This document shows positions 1 through 11,956 of a stretch of 64,000 nt of DNA, piece by piece. The notes under the pieces were generated by a model. It saw nothing but the letters and a program-made list of their open reading frames with translations. It did no database searches and was not told the DNA's origin. The stretch is from Raja brachyura (lineage: Eukaryota). Position 1 is the stretch's first letter. Each line of letters begins with the position of its first letter. The position numbers and the translations under genes were made by a program. The stretch lies in assembly GCA_963514005.1 (NCBI GenBank), contig OY740785.1, positions 67,828,001-67,892,000 of the forward strand, in the 5' to 3' direction.

Positions 1-510
1 ATCTGCTCGTATTTTTTTTATTTGTAGTGTGTTTTGATATTTATTTCTTATTCTCAGTATCTTTGACGTGTTATTGGTAGATTAAATTATTTCACTCCCT
101 CTGAAATTACTCTCTATAGCTGTAAACCTCAAGCTCCTTTAAGAATCCATTGCTTTGGCTAAGCTGTAGGATATCACTCCTATTATTTTTTTGTTACATT
201 TTTCTAACTACATTTTGAAGTCATTAGAAATTAATATATGGTAAAAGTGCATAATAATGCATTATATTAATTTTCACCTCAAGTTTTATATAGTTTTAGA
301 GTGAAATTATAAGAATTTTAACATTCTGGAATATTTTCAAAAACATAAACAAAGGTTGATAGTACACAATAGTTCAGTATTAAACTGTTGCGCTTCAGTA
401 TGGAATCACCCAAAATGAAAAGTTAAGAAGTGATGTTCCTTGAGGTGTTAGGAATGACAAAATAAAGTTATTTAATGCTTTAAAATGTGTTTCCTTTTGT
501 TTCTGTCTAG

Positions 511-644
511 GTTAACACTCTATCTCAAAAGCTACAGTCAGAGTTTAGTGAAGTGATGGATGAAGTCTGGGCAAATGATGCAGTTAGAAGTGTTGTCCTC
601 ATCTCATCAAAACCAGGATGTTTTATTGCTGGGGCTGACATCAA
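511..644 (+). CDS. HADHA: HADHA coding exon (human exon 4 equivalent), enoyl-CoA hydratase domain
   Basis: AG/GT flanks; 134 nt; [44 protein letters not shown]; frame continues into the next exon. Confidence 0.96.
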
Positions 645-867
645 GTAGGTTGGAATTTTTTAATTTACTTCTAGCCATTACTCAAGGGCTTTGAGAATAA
701 AAGTTGGGATGTTATATCATAGATGTACAAGTACGATGCCATACTTGCAATATTATGTTCAGTTTTGGTCATCCAAATATTGACATTGAACACCAATAAA
801 GTTGTGTTATAGCGGGGTTACATTAATGTTAAATATAGTCATGTTAAATCTTTTTTTTTGTTTGCAG

Positions 868-1006
868 TATGATACAGGACTGTAAAACTGTTGAAGAGGT
901 GGTTCATTTATCTCAAGAAGGGCAAAAAATGTTTGAGAAGATTGAGGAATCCACCAAACCAATTGTAGCTGCTATCCATGGCTCTTGTCTTGGAGGTGGT
1001 CTTGAG
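868..1006 (+). CDS. HADHA: HADHA exon 5 equivalent
   Basis: 139 nt, AG/GT; [46 protein letters not shown] contains the first hydratase catalytic Glu. Confidence 0.96.
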
Positions 1007-1286
1007 GTATGGAATGTGTTCTAATTTTATAAACCTCCATTATTTGATAAGAATTTATTATCGGCAATGAAGAGCTCAATGTTGACCGCAAAACACATCT
1101 TGCAAGAACATCCCCGCATCTTGTGTCTTCAATCATATATGCAACAGGAACACCAGTATTTACAAACTGTGATGTCACTAACCTGGCTAACCAGTTAATT
1201 CCATTGAAGAATTGTCAGACAGTATATTAAAACCCAAATGCATAGTTTTCATTAGCATCTTGAACATAAGGCATATACGTGATTTA

Positions 1287-1360
1287 AGGGCCTGTCCCAC
1301 TGCGGGGACCTAATTCGCAAGTTTAGAAGAGTTTATGAGAGTTTAAAAAGTGTCATGGTC
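1287..1360. mobile_element. Single end of a MITE-like DNA transposon (same TIR as 32961-33175)
   Basis: TTA-AGGGCCTGTCCCACT terminal motif; partner end not seen. Confidence 0.5.
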
Positions 1361-2430
1361 ATGTTGTATCGCCGAATCAATCTTTCTCAGGTCGGGGGTG
1401 CGGCGGCGTCGGAGGAAAGTTCTGGAATCTTTTTTGTAAAACGTCAATCAATCCTTCCCACGTGAATACTCCCACGGTGTATTGCTCCAAAGTTCTGGAG
1501 ATGAAACCACGCCCCTATTTGCTCCCCCACAATGAAACCATGAAAACACCAGGGGGAGGAGGGGACACACCCGACTGAAATGAAACCTCTCCCTTATCCC
1601 ACGCCCCCCCCCCCCCCACCCCAACACAGTGAAAACCCATATCTCACCACCCCCAGGAAAATTCTGGAAATGAAACTTCTCCCCTAATCCCCACCCCCCC
1701 CAACAATGACACGAGGAGCTCCCCCCATCCAACCCCCCTACCCCCCCAACATCTCCTCCCACAAAATCAAAATGAGATTCCATTGTGATGTACCCATTCC
1801 CCCAACGCAACCTGTTCCACCAACTATAGCCCCCAACTGCACAGGCGAGGTGCATGCACTCCCTCCCCCTCCCTCTTTACCCTCTCCTCCTCCACTCCCT
1901 CACCTCTCCCTCCCTCTTATCTCCCTCCCTCTCCTTTTCCCTACCCTTAGTCATTCCCTCCCTCACCTCTCTTCTTTCGTACTCCCGCACTAAACACAAT
2001 GTTTAAATAACATTTCTTTTCCTCCCCTCCCCCCACTCCTTACAACAATGTAAGAACTTATCCCAACACTTTTGATTGGCAGCTGAGATCCCATTGTGAT
2101 GTTATTGTCGGACACGGCAGCTTATGTAAATGAGATGCCATTGATTGGAGGACTGTGAGATCCCATTGTGACGTCATGGGTACAAACTGCCAGAATCTCC
2201 CATCAACTGTTAGAGCATCTGTCAAGTTTTTGCTCTCAAAGTGGGTTTTTTAAACTTTTAAATGTCAATAACTTCTGAAATATAAGATCAATCTGAACAA
2301 AACTTTATAAGAATGTCCACGAGACAAAGGTGAGTGTCGGTGTGCAAACATTTTAGTGCTATCGTGTACCGTTTTGGCATATGTCCCGGATCACATTAAA
2401 TCACATAGATAGATAGACAATGACAGTTGT
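1360..2430 (-). mobile_element. Helitron-like non-autonomous element, partial
   Basis: 2230-2430 is the reverse complement of the 5' region of the 6171 and 56912 copies (GCCAAAACG..ACGATAGCRCTA); C-rich interior; boundaries approximate. Confidence 0.6.
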
Positions 2431-2515
2431 ATCTATCCACACTCGCTCTCTCTTTTTTTTGGCCTAGTAAGGAATTAAAGAATGATTTTTAATTTGTCAC
2501 AAACTAAATTATTGA

Positions 2516-2665
<150 letters not shown>

Positions 2666-3039
2666 TAAATTTGATTGCAGCATAAACTGAAATGACAATT
2701 CAAAGGCACTGTCCTTTTTTGTTAAAATTTATGATGGAACAGTCAGGGATAGCTGAAGTAACTTGGAGGAAGGTTTTGATGTCGACTTGATGGGTCTATG
2801 CAGCATTATATTATAATGCATTCATTCATACTTTAGAAAATATATTGAACTCCAGAAGAAGTAATTTAACGTGAAAGTCCGATCAGCTTTCCGGAAAAAA
2901 TAGTCACACAGAACAAGTAGATTTATTTGGATTTTAAGATCTTTAAAGAACGTTTTTGCAATCTTGCAATCCAAACACATTAAAAAAAAAGTTGATTGTA
3001 GAAGCACATTAACATCTATACATTAACAATAGATTAGAA

Positions 3040-4050
3040 AAGGAAGCAAAAGACTGGTGGAGGAATAGCGAATCAGGTAGCATCTGTGGGGGGAATGGAT
3101 AGGCGATGTTTTGGATTGGACTCTTCTTCAGAATGATTCTAGTTGGGTGGTGGGGGGGAGGTTGGGTCAGGACAAAACCTGGTAAATGATAGGTGGATAC
3201 AGATGGGGGGGGGGGGGTTGATTGCCAGATGGGTGGGCAAAGGTTGGAGTTGAAAAGGAGACAAAAATATGTCATAAGGAGAGAAGAGGAGCGAAATGGA
3301 AAACCAGGAGGAGGGGTTTAGGTGGAAGGGGATGGGGAGGAGGCGAGAAGAGTGATAGAAATGGGTGGGTGAGGGCAGAGGAAGGAAAAGGGGGAAGGGG
3401 AGTTAATCAAAATTAGGGAACGGTTGATATGGGAGGGGGAGTTAAAATGGTTAGCAACCGTGTGATTCAGAGGGTCTTGGTGAACCGAGCGCAAAAGTTA
3501 GGCAAAACCTGGTTTTGCCAATGTAAAGGGGGCCAGATGTTATGTATACTGCGGTTGTTGGGGAAAGTAGTTGCGAAGGAAGTGGTATCTGCGGAAAGCA
3601 TAAAGGGATGGGGATGGGAAGATGTAACTGTTGGTGGGATCACATTGAACATGGTGGAAAAGTCTGAAAATTATGTGTTTGATGCGGAGGCTGTGGGGTG
3701 GTGGAAGGTGAGGACCAGGGGAATGTTATCCTTGTTCTGCCTGGGGAGAGGAACCTCAGCAACCCTTCCAGCTGAGACGGAGGTTCGCATGCACCTCTTC
3801 TAACCTTGTCTACTGCATCTGGTGCTCCTGTCGTTGTCTCCTTTACACTGGCGAGACCAAGCGTGGGCTAGCTGAACATTTGCGAAACGCACTCTGTCCG
3901 CTGAGGCCTGTTGTTTCTCCTCGTTGCTAACAATTTTAACTCCCATTCCCATTCTGACCTTCCTGTCCTGGGACGACTCCTCCATTGCCAGCGTGCTGCC
4001 CGACCCGCTGAGTTACTTCAGCACTATGGATTTTGCTCGATTCCAACATT
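3040..4050. mobile_element. Penelope-like retroelement remnant with inverted structure
   Basis: - strand terminal repeat and coding remnants 3040-3750; + strand GIY-YIG-like remnant (FACTSSNLVYCIWCSCRCLLYTGETKR) near 3780-3870, then terminal sequence. Confidence 0.7.
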
Positions 4051-5685
4051 TGCAGTTCCATTAGTAAAGTCATCAAGGAACAAAGGAAAACTGTAGTTCC
4101 TATATTTAAAAAGTGCATACAAATCCAGGACTGTGCATACATATTTACTTGAAGCAGAATGGAATTTTTACACATACATAATAGATTAAAAAAATAAGGA
4201 AAAGCTGCAAATACATTTCACAGAGAGGTTATTGAGTTATTTGGACAAACAAATGCTTTATGACAAATACAATGTGTGCTGAAATACCTTGGGGAAATGC
4301 CAACAGTTCAGTGCCAAACCTGATATTGCTTCATGTATTTATTCCTACTTCAGGAATCTTAAGCTAATGCACAAATCTACAACTTCAGGACAATTTCCAT
4401 TCTGTGATCTGACATGACATTTTATGTTGCCCGTTGGTCCAATGCACACTTAAGTAAATTCCCCACCAGAATGGTAAAAAAGTAAAGTAAAATCAGCAAG
4501 GTTAAGAAAAAGAACTATCATCATCTTCCTCTCCAGAATGATTGGAAAGCAGGGACATTTTATTGAACACAGCTAACTATGATGAGACAATACAGAATAT
4601 CATGTAGTGTTCTGGTCAAAGTGAAAAGGATATTGGGGTGTCCTGGAAAATACAAAAACACAATAGAAGCTTGGTTTATCAGACACTCCTTTTTCTTCTC
4701 TCCTGCTATTGGTACCTCGGAGGGATTGTCAAGCTAATATTGGAGTAGTGGTGAGGCAATGTCCAGGCCATCATCTGCAGAGCGCTACTTGAGCCTACAA
4801 CAGATTAAAGGACATCAGTCAAATACAGCATGTGCAGATACCAGAGCCTTTATCGCACCAACAGTGATGTTACTGGAATTAAGTTTGCTTACAAAACAGG
4901 AGCTGACTCACTGGCTAACCTGATTGAAGCCTTTAAAATAATTGAGTTGAATAGATTGGTGAAAATTATTGCATTTGAAGAGATTCCAAAATGAAAGATC
5001 ATAATATAATTAAAGCTTGAATTTGCTCAGTTTTTATCAATTTTAATAAGCAAGTGGAAATTAAAATCTGAATGGCTCTTGGGGATTTTTTTAATTGATA
5101 AGTCTTTAAATTATGCACGCAAGACATTAACGTTTATGCATTTGCTTTATTAATGCTGCATATAATGTGGCTTTTAAACTGACTAATCCTATCACTCTGC
5201 GCATTACAGAAATATTTGTAAAGTTTTGTTTGTTAATGAAATTGTGGATGCATGTGCATTATTATTACCAATATGTGCTCACTAGAGACTCGGGTTTTGT
5301 TTAATATAGCCACCAACACCTAATTTTGCTGAGCATTAAAGCCAAATCAAGCAAAACCCAAACTGATTCGAAAGTAAGAAAACAAGTTGCAAGCCTTCAA
5401 TGTAGGACAAACTCAAATAAATTTAACAAGGAATTAAGGAAAGATTTTCAGGCCAAAAGATGATAAGACTACAAATTATGCTCCCAGAGTGGTAAATGAA
5501 ATGTATGCACTCAAGACAAAACTGAATGAACAATGAAGGACAATTGAAGTGATGGAATGAATGAATTACATGGCAACGGCTTGACGGGAACAAAAACTGA
5601 CATAAACCATTTGGCCATATGGTTTTCTGTATTGCTTGTTGAACGTAACTGAATGTCCCAATTCCATGCATTGGTGTATCCTCAG

Positions 5686-5788
5686 ATTGGTGTTCCTAAT
5701 GCTCTTGACATCATGTTGACTGGGAAAAATATTCGTGCTGAAAAAGCCAAGAAATTGGGTTTGGTGGACCAGTTAGTTTCTCCCCTTG
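5686..5788 (+). CDS. HADHA: HADHA exon 7 equivalent
   Basis: 103 nt; [34 protein letters not shown]; CAG acceptor, GTAAGT donor. Confidence 0.96.
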
Positions 5789-6170
5789 GTAAGTCATTTC
5801 TAATATTTCCTAGCCATATATAGTCATATCTACCATCAAAAAATGTTTTTGTTTACCAACAGCCTAAACCTTGAACCGGATCATGCTTGTAATTCTCATT
5901 GATTTAGACAGCCTGTAATGGATCTACAGGTCTTTTTTCTTAAGCAATTGCACAAAGTGGTGATGTCCACAGTTGACAATTAGGTATCAACACCTGAGCC
6001 CTATTCCTGTCCCTGAAGACATTTTGACAACTTGTGTATCTGTTTAATCTTATTATCACGTCATTGAAAAACAATTTGAATATATTTAAACGATTAAAAA
6101 CATTCAGAAGATTCAAATAAAAAAATCAGATGTATTTTAAAACATTTGTCTGGTGTAAATTAAATGTAAT

Positions 6171-7813
6171 TCTATATACTACTAAAACTCTCATCTTGTC
6201 TGTGAGTGAGCATATTTGTTTGTTTGTCAGCTTTTAGTGATTTGAACTACGCCAAAACGATATACGATAGCGCTAAAAAATTTTGCGCCACCTCACTCAT
6301 AATTGTCTTGTGTAGTGTATCACGTTTCATTCAGATTGATGGTATAGTTTACAAGTTATTAACATTTTTTAATTTACAAAACCCCAATTTTAGAAAAATG
6401 TCTTCCCTGTGCTTACACAGGCATGAGATTTCTCCGCGGACCCACGGATTTCCGCGGATTTTGAAATTCGTTAAAAATCTAAATCTCTATAAATCTATAA
6501 ATGGCTTTCCGCGAGGGCGCCGATTGGACGAGAGGGTCATCGTCAGCAAGCAATGTGGGGGCGGGGCAAGATTCGGGGCGATGATTGGTGGAGGGAGGCA
6601 TCAGTCAGAGGTGGAAGTGGGGGGGGGGGGGGAATTGAGGATAGAGAGCGGTGATTGGAGGAGGGAGAAGTCCGGGTGGGACAAGGCGCGGCCTGGTGGA
6701 GTGAAGCGCAGGTAGCGGCGGCCCCGGGGGAGGGCAGCGGGAGAGTGGGCACTGGGTTGGGAAAGGCCGGGGTCTTGTCAGTGTCAAAAAGCATTTTAAA
6801 GCAAGTAGAGGAAGGATGTGTGGGCCCTGGTGAGCAGAGGGAGGAGTCTGTAAATGTGAACATAGGTAAGGGGGGGGGGGGGGAGAGAGTCCCTGTGAGT
6901 GTGAGCAGTGAAGGGTTCCCTGTGAGTGAGCAAAGGTGAAGGGTTTCCTGTGAGTGTGAGCAGTGAGGAGGTCTCTTGAGTGTGAGCAAAGATAAGGCGG
7001 GTGTCCCTGTGAGTGTGAGTGGGGAAGACCCTGCGAGAAATTAAGGGTAAACAAGCAAGAAAATTGTGTCATTGCAAGGTACAAATATCAAAAAAAATCT
7101 GCATATCATACCAGGGGTCAAAGTCCCATGGACCCCCATCTCTCATCCTCTTTTTTCAGGTTTTTCCTGTCTCATGCCTGTTACAGCTATGATGTCGCAA
7201 TGGGATTGTAGCCCTGCTTACATCATTGTTGATATCCAAGTACACTGAGTCCTGCTAGCCCTAGCCTGTGCAATTGCATTTTTTTTATTTAAAATGAGGG
7301 AGAGTGAATTAGGCAAAAATGAGCAGCCCCTGCGCAGTTGGGGGCTATGGGTGAGTGGTGGAATTTTGCATTGGAACGGGTGAGTGGTGGAATATTGCCT
7401 TGGGGAGTGGGTTGCATTTGGGGACCAGGCCTCCCGTGGGAGTTTGGATGAGTGGTGGAATATTGCGTTGGGGCAATGGTTGCATTGGGAGACCAGGCCT
7501 CCCGTGTGCCAGGGACCCAACGTGTCCCAGTTGGTAGACAAAAATGCTGGAGAAACTCAGCGGGTGAGGCAGCATCTATGGAGCGAAGGAAATAGGCAAT
7601 GTTTCGGACCGAAAGCCTTCTTCAGACACATCAGTCTGAAGCGGGTAGTGGGAGGGGAGGGTGGGAAGCGTGAAGAAGAAGGGAAGAGGTGGAGCCAGTA
7701 GGCTGAGGGAGAGCTGAGAAGGGGAGGAGAAAGTAAGGACTACCTGAAATTAGAGAAGCCAATGTTCATACCGCAGGGGTGCAAACTGCAGACCCGTGTC
7801 CCAGCTGGTCTCG
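6171..7813 (+). mobile_element. Helitron-like non-autonomous element
   Basis: 5' TCTATATACTACTAAAACTCTCATCTTG; 3' hairpin GGGACCCAACGTGTCCC; degenerate CTCG-T end; interrupted by a Penelope-like fragment. Confidence 0.72.
7536..7794 (-). mobile_element. Penelope-like terminal fragment inserted in the Helitron 3' end
   Basis: Same repeat as 16270-16755; flanked by a 15-bp duplication CGTGTCCCAG(T/C)TGGT at 7521-7535 and 7795-7809. Confidence 0.75.
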
Positions 7814-8039
7814 TATTAAACTAAAATTTACTAAAGAAAACACAGCTCATTTTGTCTCTTCCACCTAGATTGGCAAATGTGCTCTCTCAAAAATTTAGCC
7901 ATGGCTCCCATGAACATAGATAATAAGTAGGACCTTCAGTGCTTTCTACCATTCAATATAATTGTGGGAGATAATCTACTTCAATACCCATTTCCTGCCT
8001 TTTCCCCATATCCAGATTCCATTTGGCATTAAGGGATGG

Positions 8040-8787
8040 GGTGTGTGTGCATGTGTCAAACTCGGCGCAAACTGCTCGGCCACCCTGCAATCCAACTCTC
8101 CTTCTGCCCACTCCGCTCAGCCGCAAGGCGGGGCCTGTCCCTGCCCACCCGCCTACCTGCTCGATGCCGGGGGGGGGGGGGGGGGGGGGAGTTGGTGTTC
8201 GTCACGGTGGGCACCACGTATTTTGATGATCTCCGAGAAGGCCATTAGGGTGAGTTACTGCAACGGTTGCGGCGAAGGAGACAGACCTGGAGGGACAGGT
8301 AGATAGGACCGCCATTGCCGCAGAGGGGGAGCGGGGAAGAGGGGTGAGTGATGAGGGAGAGAGAGACCAGAGAGAGTCCACTGAGGCCTCCACTATCTAT
8401 CGTCTCCCCCCCCGGCGGTGGGGGAGACGATAGATAAGTTACTGTGAGAAGGGGAGAGAGGAGTTTGTGAGTGAGGTAGGACAGGCCCCCGCCGGTGGGA
8501 CAGGAAGGGGCGTCGCCATACCGGCCTCACTCCCGGAGAAGAGACCAATCTGCGGGGCGATGACTGAAGGAATCTGCGCACGCGTGGTTTTTAAGATTTT
8601 TAAACCTCGATAACTTTTACAATATACCACCAATCATAACGAAACTTGGTGCACTTGCAGCACAGGAGAACGCTGAGTAACCTGCCGTGAAATCGTAACT
8701 CTATCTCGTGCCGTTTTTGTGCAAATAGAAAAAGCCCGCAAACCGGAAGAGCACAAGATCAGTTTTAGTTATGTATGGATAGATAGA
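8040..8787 (-). mobile_element. Helitron-like element (5' part) carrying captured GC-rich DNA
   Basis: - strand begins TCTATCTATCCATACATAACTAAAACTGATCTTGTGCTCTTCCGG, homologous to the other copies' 5' ends; 3' terminator not seen. Confidence 0.65.
8190..8255 (+). pseudogene. ALG13: ALG13 first-exon fragment with intron donor (frameshifted, no start codon)
   Basis: LVFVTVGTTYFDDL matches the ALG13 N-terminus (human MKCVFVTVGTTSFDDL, from memory); after a short deletion SEKAIR then GTGAGT. Confidence 0.75.
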
Positions 8788-9525
8788 TGGCCCGAAATGA
8801 AACAATAAAATTCTTGCTTGCTGCAGCACAACAGATATGTAAGTATGGTACTCCGTACCACAAACCTTGTATTTCCCAATCTGTCACCCAGTGTATCCAA
8901 CCCCTTAGCTCAAAATATGAATGCTATGAGCCAGGACTGGGTGCCAAGTCCAGTGGTGGAGAGGTCAGTAACTCACCAAGAAGACCCGGCTGGTAGAACC
9001 TACTGATTAATTTTTACTAATTTGAATTTATGTCATCGACTGATGAGACATTATTGCTCTGAAGACTAGCCTAGATGGGGCGTCTTGGTTGGCATGGATG
9101 AGTTGGGCCGAATTGTGCTGTATGCCAAGATACTGGCCCGCAAAGTCAGTTTTGGAAGTCAGCTATGGGAACCGATCTGCCGCCTCTGGCCAGGCTGGAG
9201 TTCCAGAACTCCGTTCCAGTTGCCGAAAAAGTGGTGACTGACGTACTTTCATTACTGGAAAGGGAAGAAGATTGGCATGAATGTACCCGATCAAGAATCA
9301 AGATTGTTTAATTGTCACATGTACCAGCAACAGAGCAATGAACATTTTACTTGCTGCAGCTTAACAGGCCTGTAAAACACAATAAACACAGATGAAATAT
9401 AATAATCAAAAATGCAATAAATGAATAGCTTTAATGGGCGGAACTTTAGCCATATTCCAGTGCTGAAACATGATAATTAAAACTTTGTCTGTAGTTAAAA
9501 TTGCAATAATTTTTAATTTTCATAG

Positions 9526-9648
9526 GGCCTGGGTTGAAAAGTCCAGAAGAGAGGACAGTGGAATACTTGGAAGAAGTTGCAATTGATTGTGCCAGAGGAA
9601 TAGCAAATAAACAGATCTCCCTCAACAAGGACAAGAAAATGATGGACA
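9526..9648 (+). CDS. HADHA: HADHA exon 8 equivalent
   Basis: 123 nt; [41 protein letters not shown]; GTAAGT donor. Confidence 0.95.
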
Positions 9649-9719
9649 GTAAGTTAGGAATCAAAATTTAATGTATTATATGTTGCAGTAAATGATTTTC
9701 CTTCTCTCTCTCTCTCTTT

Positions 9720-10419
9720 TAAAAATCAAGTCTGCAATTTCTCCCCTCAGATATAGAATAAAAAGCTTAATATGACACCTAATTCACTTTCCTATCTTCA
9801 GTATTAAAAAGGTTAGTATAATAATATTGACTATGGATAGACCATAGCACAAAATATAGACGATTTAGATGCTCTTATGACATGATTGTCCAAAAAAAAG
9901 AGCATTTAAATCATCTTGCAAGTGGGTTTTTCTGGAACACGATTGATTGCAACGTTGCATTTGCGGTGACTTTTAACTCCATATCGGCAGGAAAAACACT
10001 GCCGGTTCGTATGGGGCCCAAATCAAATTTTCGCAACGTAAAATTAGATCAAAGCCATCCCAAGAAGCAAGATTATATGTAAAATAGACGACTTACCCTT
10101 TGTTTTGTCCCGTTCATGCGATTCGTCACGTTATACGCGTTGTGGGCATTAGAAGTTGCTTTTTATTTTAATCTAATTATTAAATTGTCTCGCGACTTTA
10201 AAAATAAATTTTAAAAAATCAGGGACGGAAGTCGGATCGATTATTCTTCAGCAGATAGCAGCCCGAGGAAATCCGACTCGGACAGGTGGTAGAAAAATGG
10301 ATTTGAATCCTCCCACCCCACCCCACCCCACCCCCCCCCACCCAAAAGGCGCCAAAGTCGCGCACACGGCCAGTGGCAGAACTGCAGCGCCGCTGAAGGT
10401 AGGTTTTGTAACATCGTTA
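9720..10419. mobile_element. hAT-like non-autonomous DNA transposon, copy 1 (deleted)
   Basis: Homologous to 20133-21318; ends in TIR TTGTAACATCGTTA. Confidence 0.7.
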
Positions 10420-10589
10420 CTCTATGGCAGCATTGGCCAGGCCCACTCATAGATGAACTGAGGCCCAGGCCAATTTCAATTTTAGAGGCCCCCAAACCAA
10501 GATCAAGCAGAGGCTCCTCAATTTTAGAGGCCCCCAAATCAAGATCCCTTTGAAGCAGTGAGGCATGAGACTCTTGCCAAATGGCACTC

Positions 10590-11956
10590 ATTGCTCTTCC
10601 ATTGACTCAGCACAAAAGCTGTGATCCAGGACATTCAAAAGCTCATAACTTTCTTAAAAATTACGAGAACTGAATGAAATTTTCAGTTATTATAGATTGA
10701 ACCATTCTGAAACAAATATAAAACATCTTACTTGGATGACGTGCAATTAAAGCATATAATTAGTTAATTACCTAATTGTAGCTAATTACAAAATTGACCG
10801 TTGTGACGGAAATAGTAATAAACACCCAGACTGCCTTGAAAATTAAAAAAATTGATATTCTCAAGATCAGAACTTTAATATTATTGTATTATATGCTGTA
10901 AGTCCGTAACAGATAGGTAAATAAATTACAATTTCTAGCAATAGACCAAGTCTTTATGGAGAAGATCAATTGCTAGCTGGTACATTAGCATATCATAATC
11001 AGTAGCATCATACTCCTCATTGTAACCAATAAGCAACTCTGTACACCTTGTTTTCCTCAACTTTTCAATTTTGGCATTGTAAACTACAAGTTTTTGCTCT
11101 TCAAACCATGCATGACATGCCTTTCTGCCCACTACTTTCCCATTAAGAATGTCCTGTAGATTCAATTTCTTACGAAAGTGATATTTTTTTTAAATAGCCT
11201 AAGTATCCAAATAACAAACTAATCCCATTCACACAAGAATTCACAATATAACATGATTTTAAAATCTCATTGTCATGAATTTATATGCCAGATGGAAGGA
11301 ATTTAATGTTTAATTCCCATAAATTAATCAAGAAACATCCACTCAAAATATAATAAAAATTATTGTTTTTTGCACAATACATCTGACTCAAACTGTTGTG
11401 AATAATTAGTTTAAAAATAATGATCATGGAGAGAGAATAACACAAAATATAGACAATTACATGATTGTTAAAAAAAACGGGCATTTTAATCATCTTGCTA
11501 CTGGAACGCGATCGATTGGAACGTTGCATTTGCGGTGAATTTGAAGCCCATATCGGAGGAAAGACACTGCAAATCGTATGGGGCCCAAACAACATTTTTG
11601 CAATGTAAAATTAGATTAAAGCCATCCCATGAAGCAAGATTATATGTAAAATAAACGACTTACCCTTTGTTTCGTCCCGTTCTTGCGATTCGTCACGTAG
11701 GCGTTGAGGGCGTTAGAAGTCACATTTTATTTTAATCTAATTAAATGGTCTAGCGATTTAAAAAAACAAAACAAACCGGGAACGGAAGTCCGATCGATTT
11801 TTCTTCCACAGCTAGCAGCCCAAGGAAATACCTCTCCGACAGGCAGTACAAAACTGGATTTTATTTCCCCCCCCCCCCCCAAAAAATCAACAAACCGTGC
11901 ACACGGCCAGTGACAGAACTGCAGCGCCACTGAAGGTAAGTTTTGTAACATCGCCA
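10590..11956 (-). mobile_element. hAT-like DNA transposon, copy 2, retaining a coding remnant
   Basis: Homologous to 20280-21318; right TIR TTGTAACATCGCCA; extra internal segment with a - strand ORF at 10935-11165. Confidence 0.7.

Noticed and set aside
8215-8248. YFDDLREGH as a calponin-homology (spectrin/plectin DLRDGH) motif
   Set aside because: The upstream VFVTVGTT matches ALG13 much better, and REGH results from the frameshift.
10476-10546. Two 29-bp direct repeats with a 13-bp spacer, superficially CRISPR-like
   Set aside because: Only two units, eukaryotic intron, no cas genes; a simple local duplication between transposon fragments.
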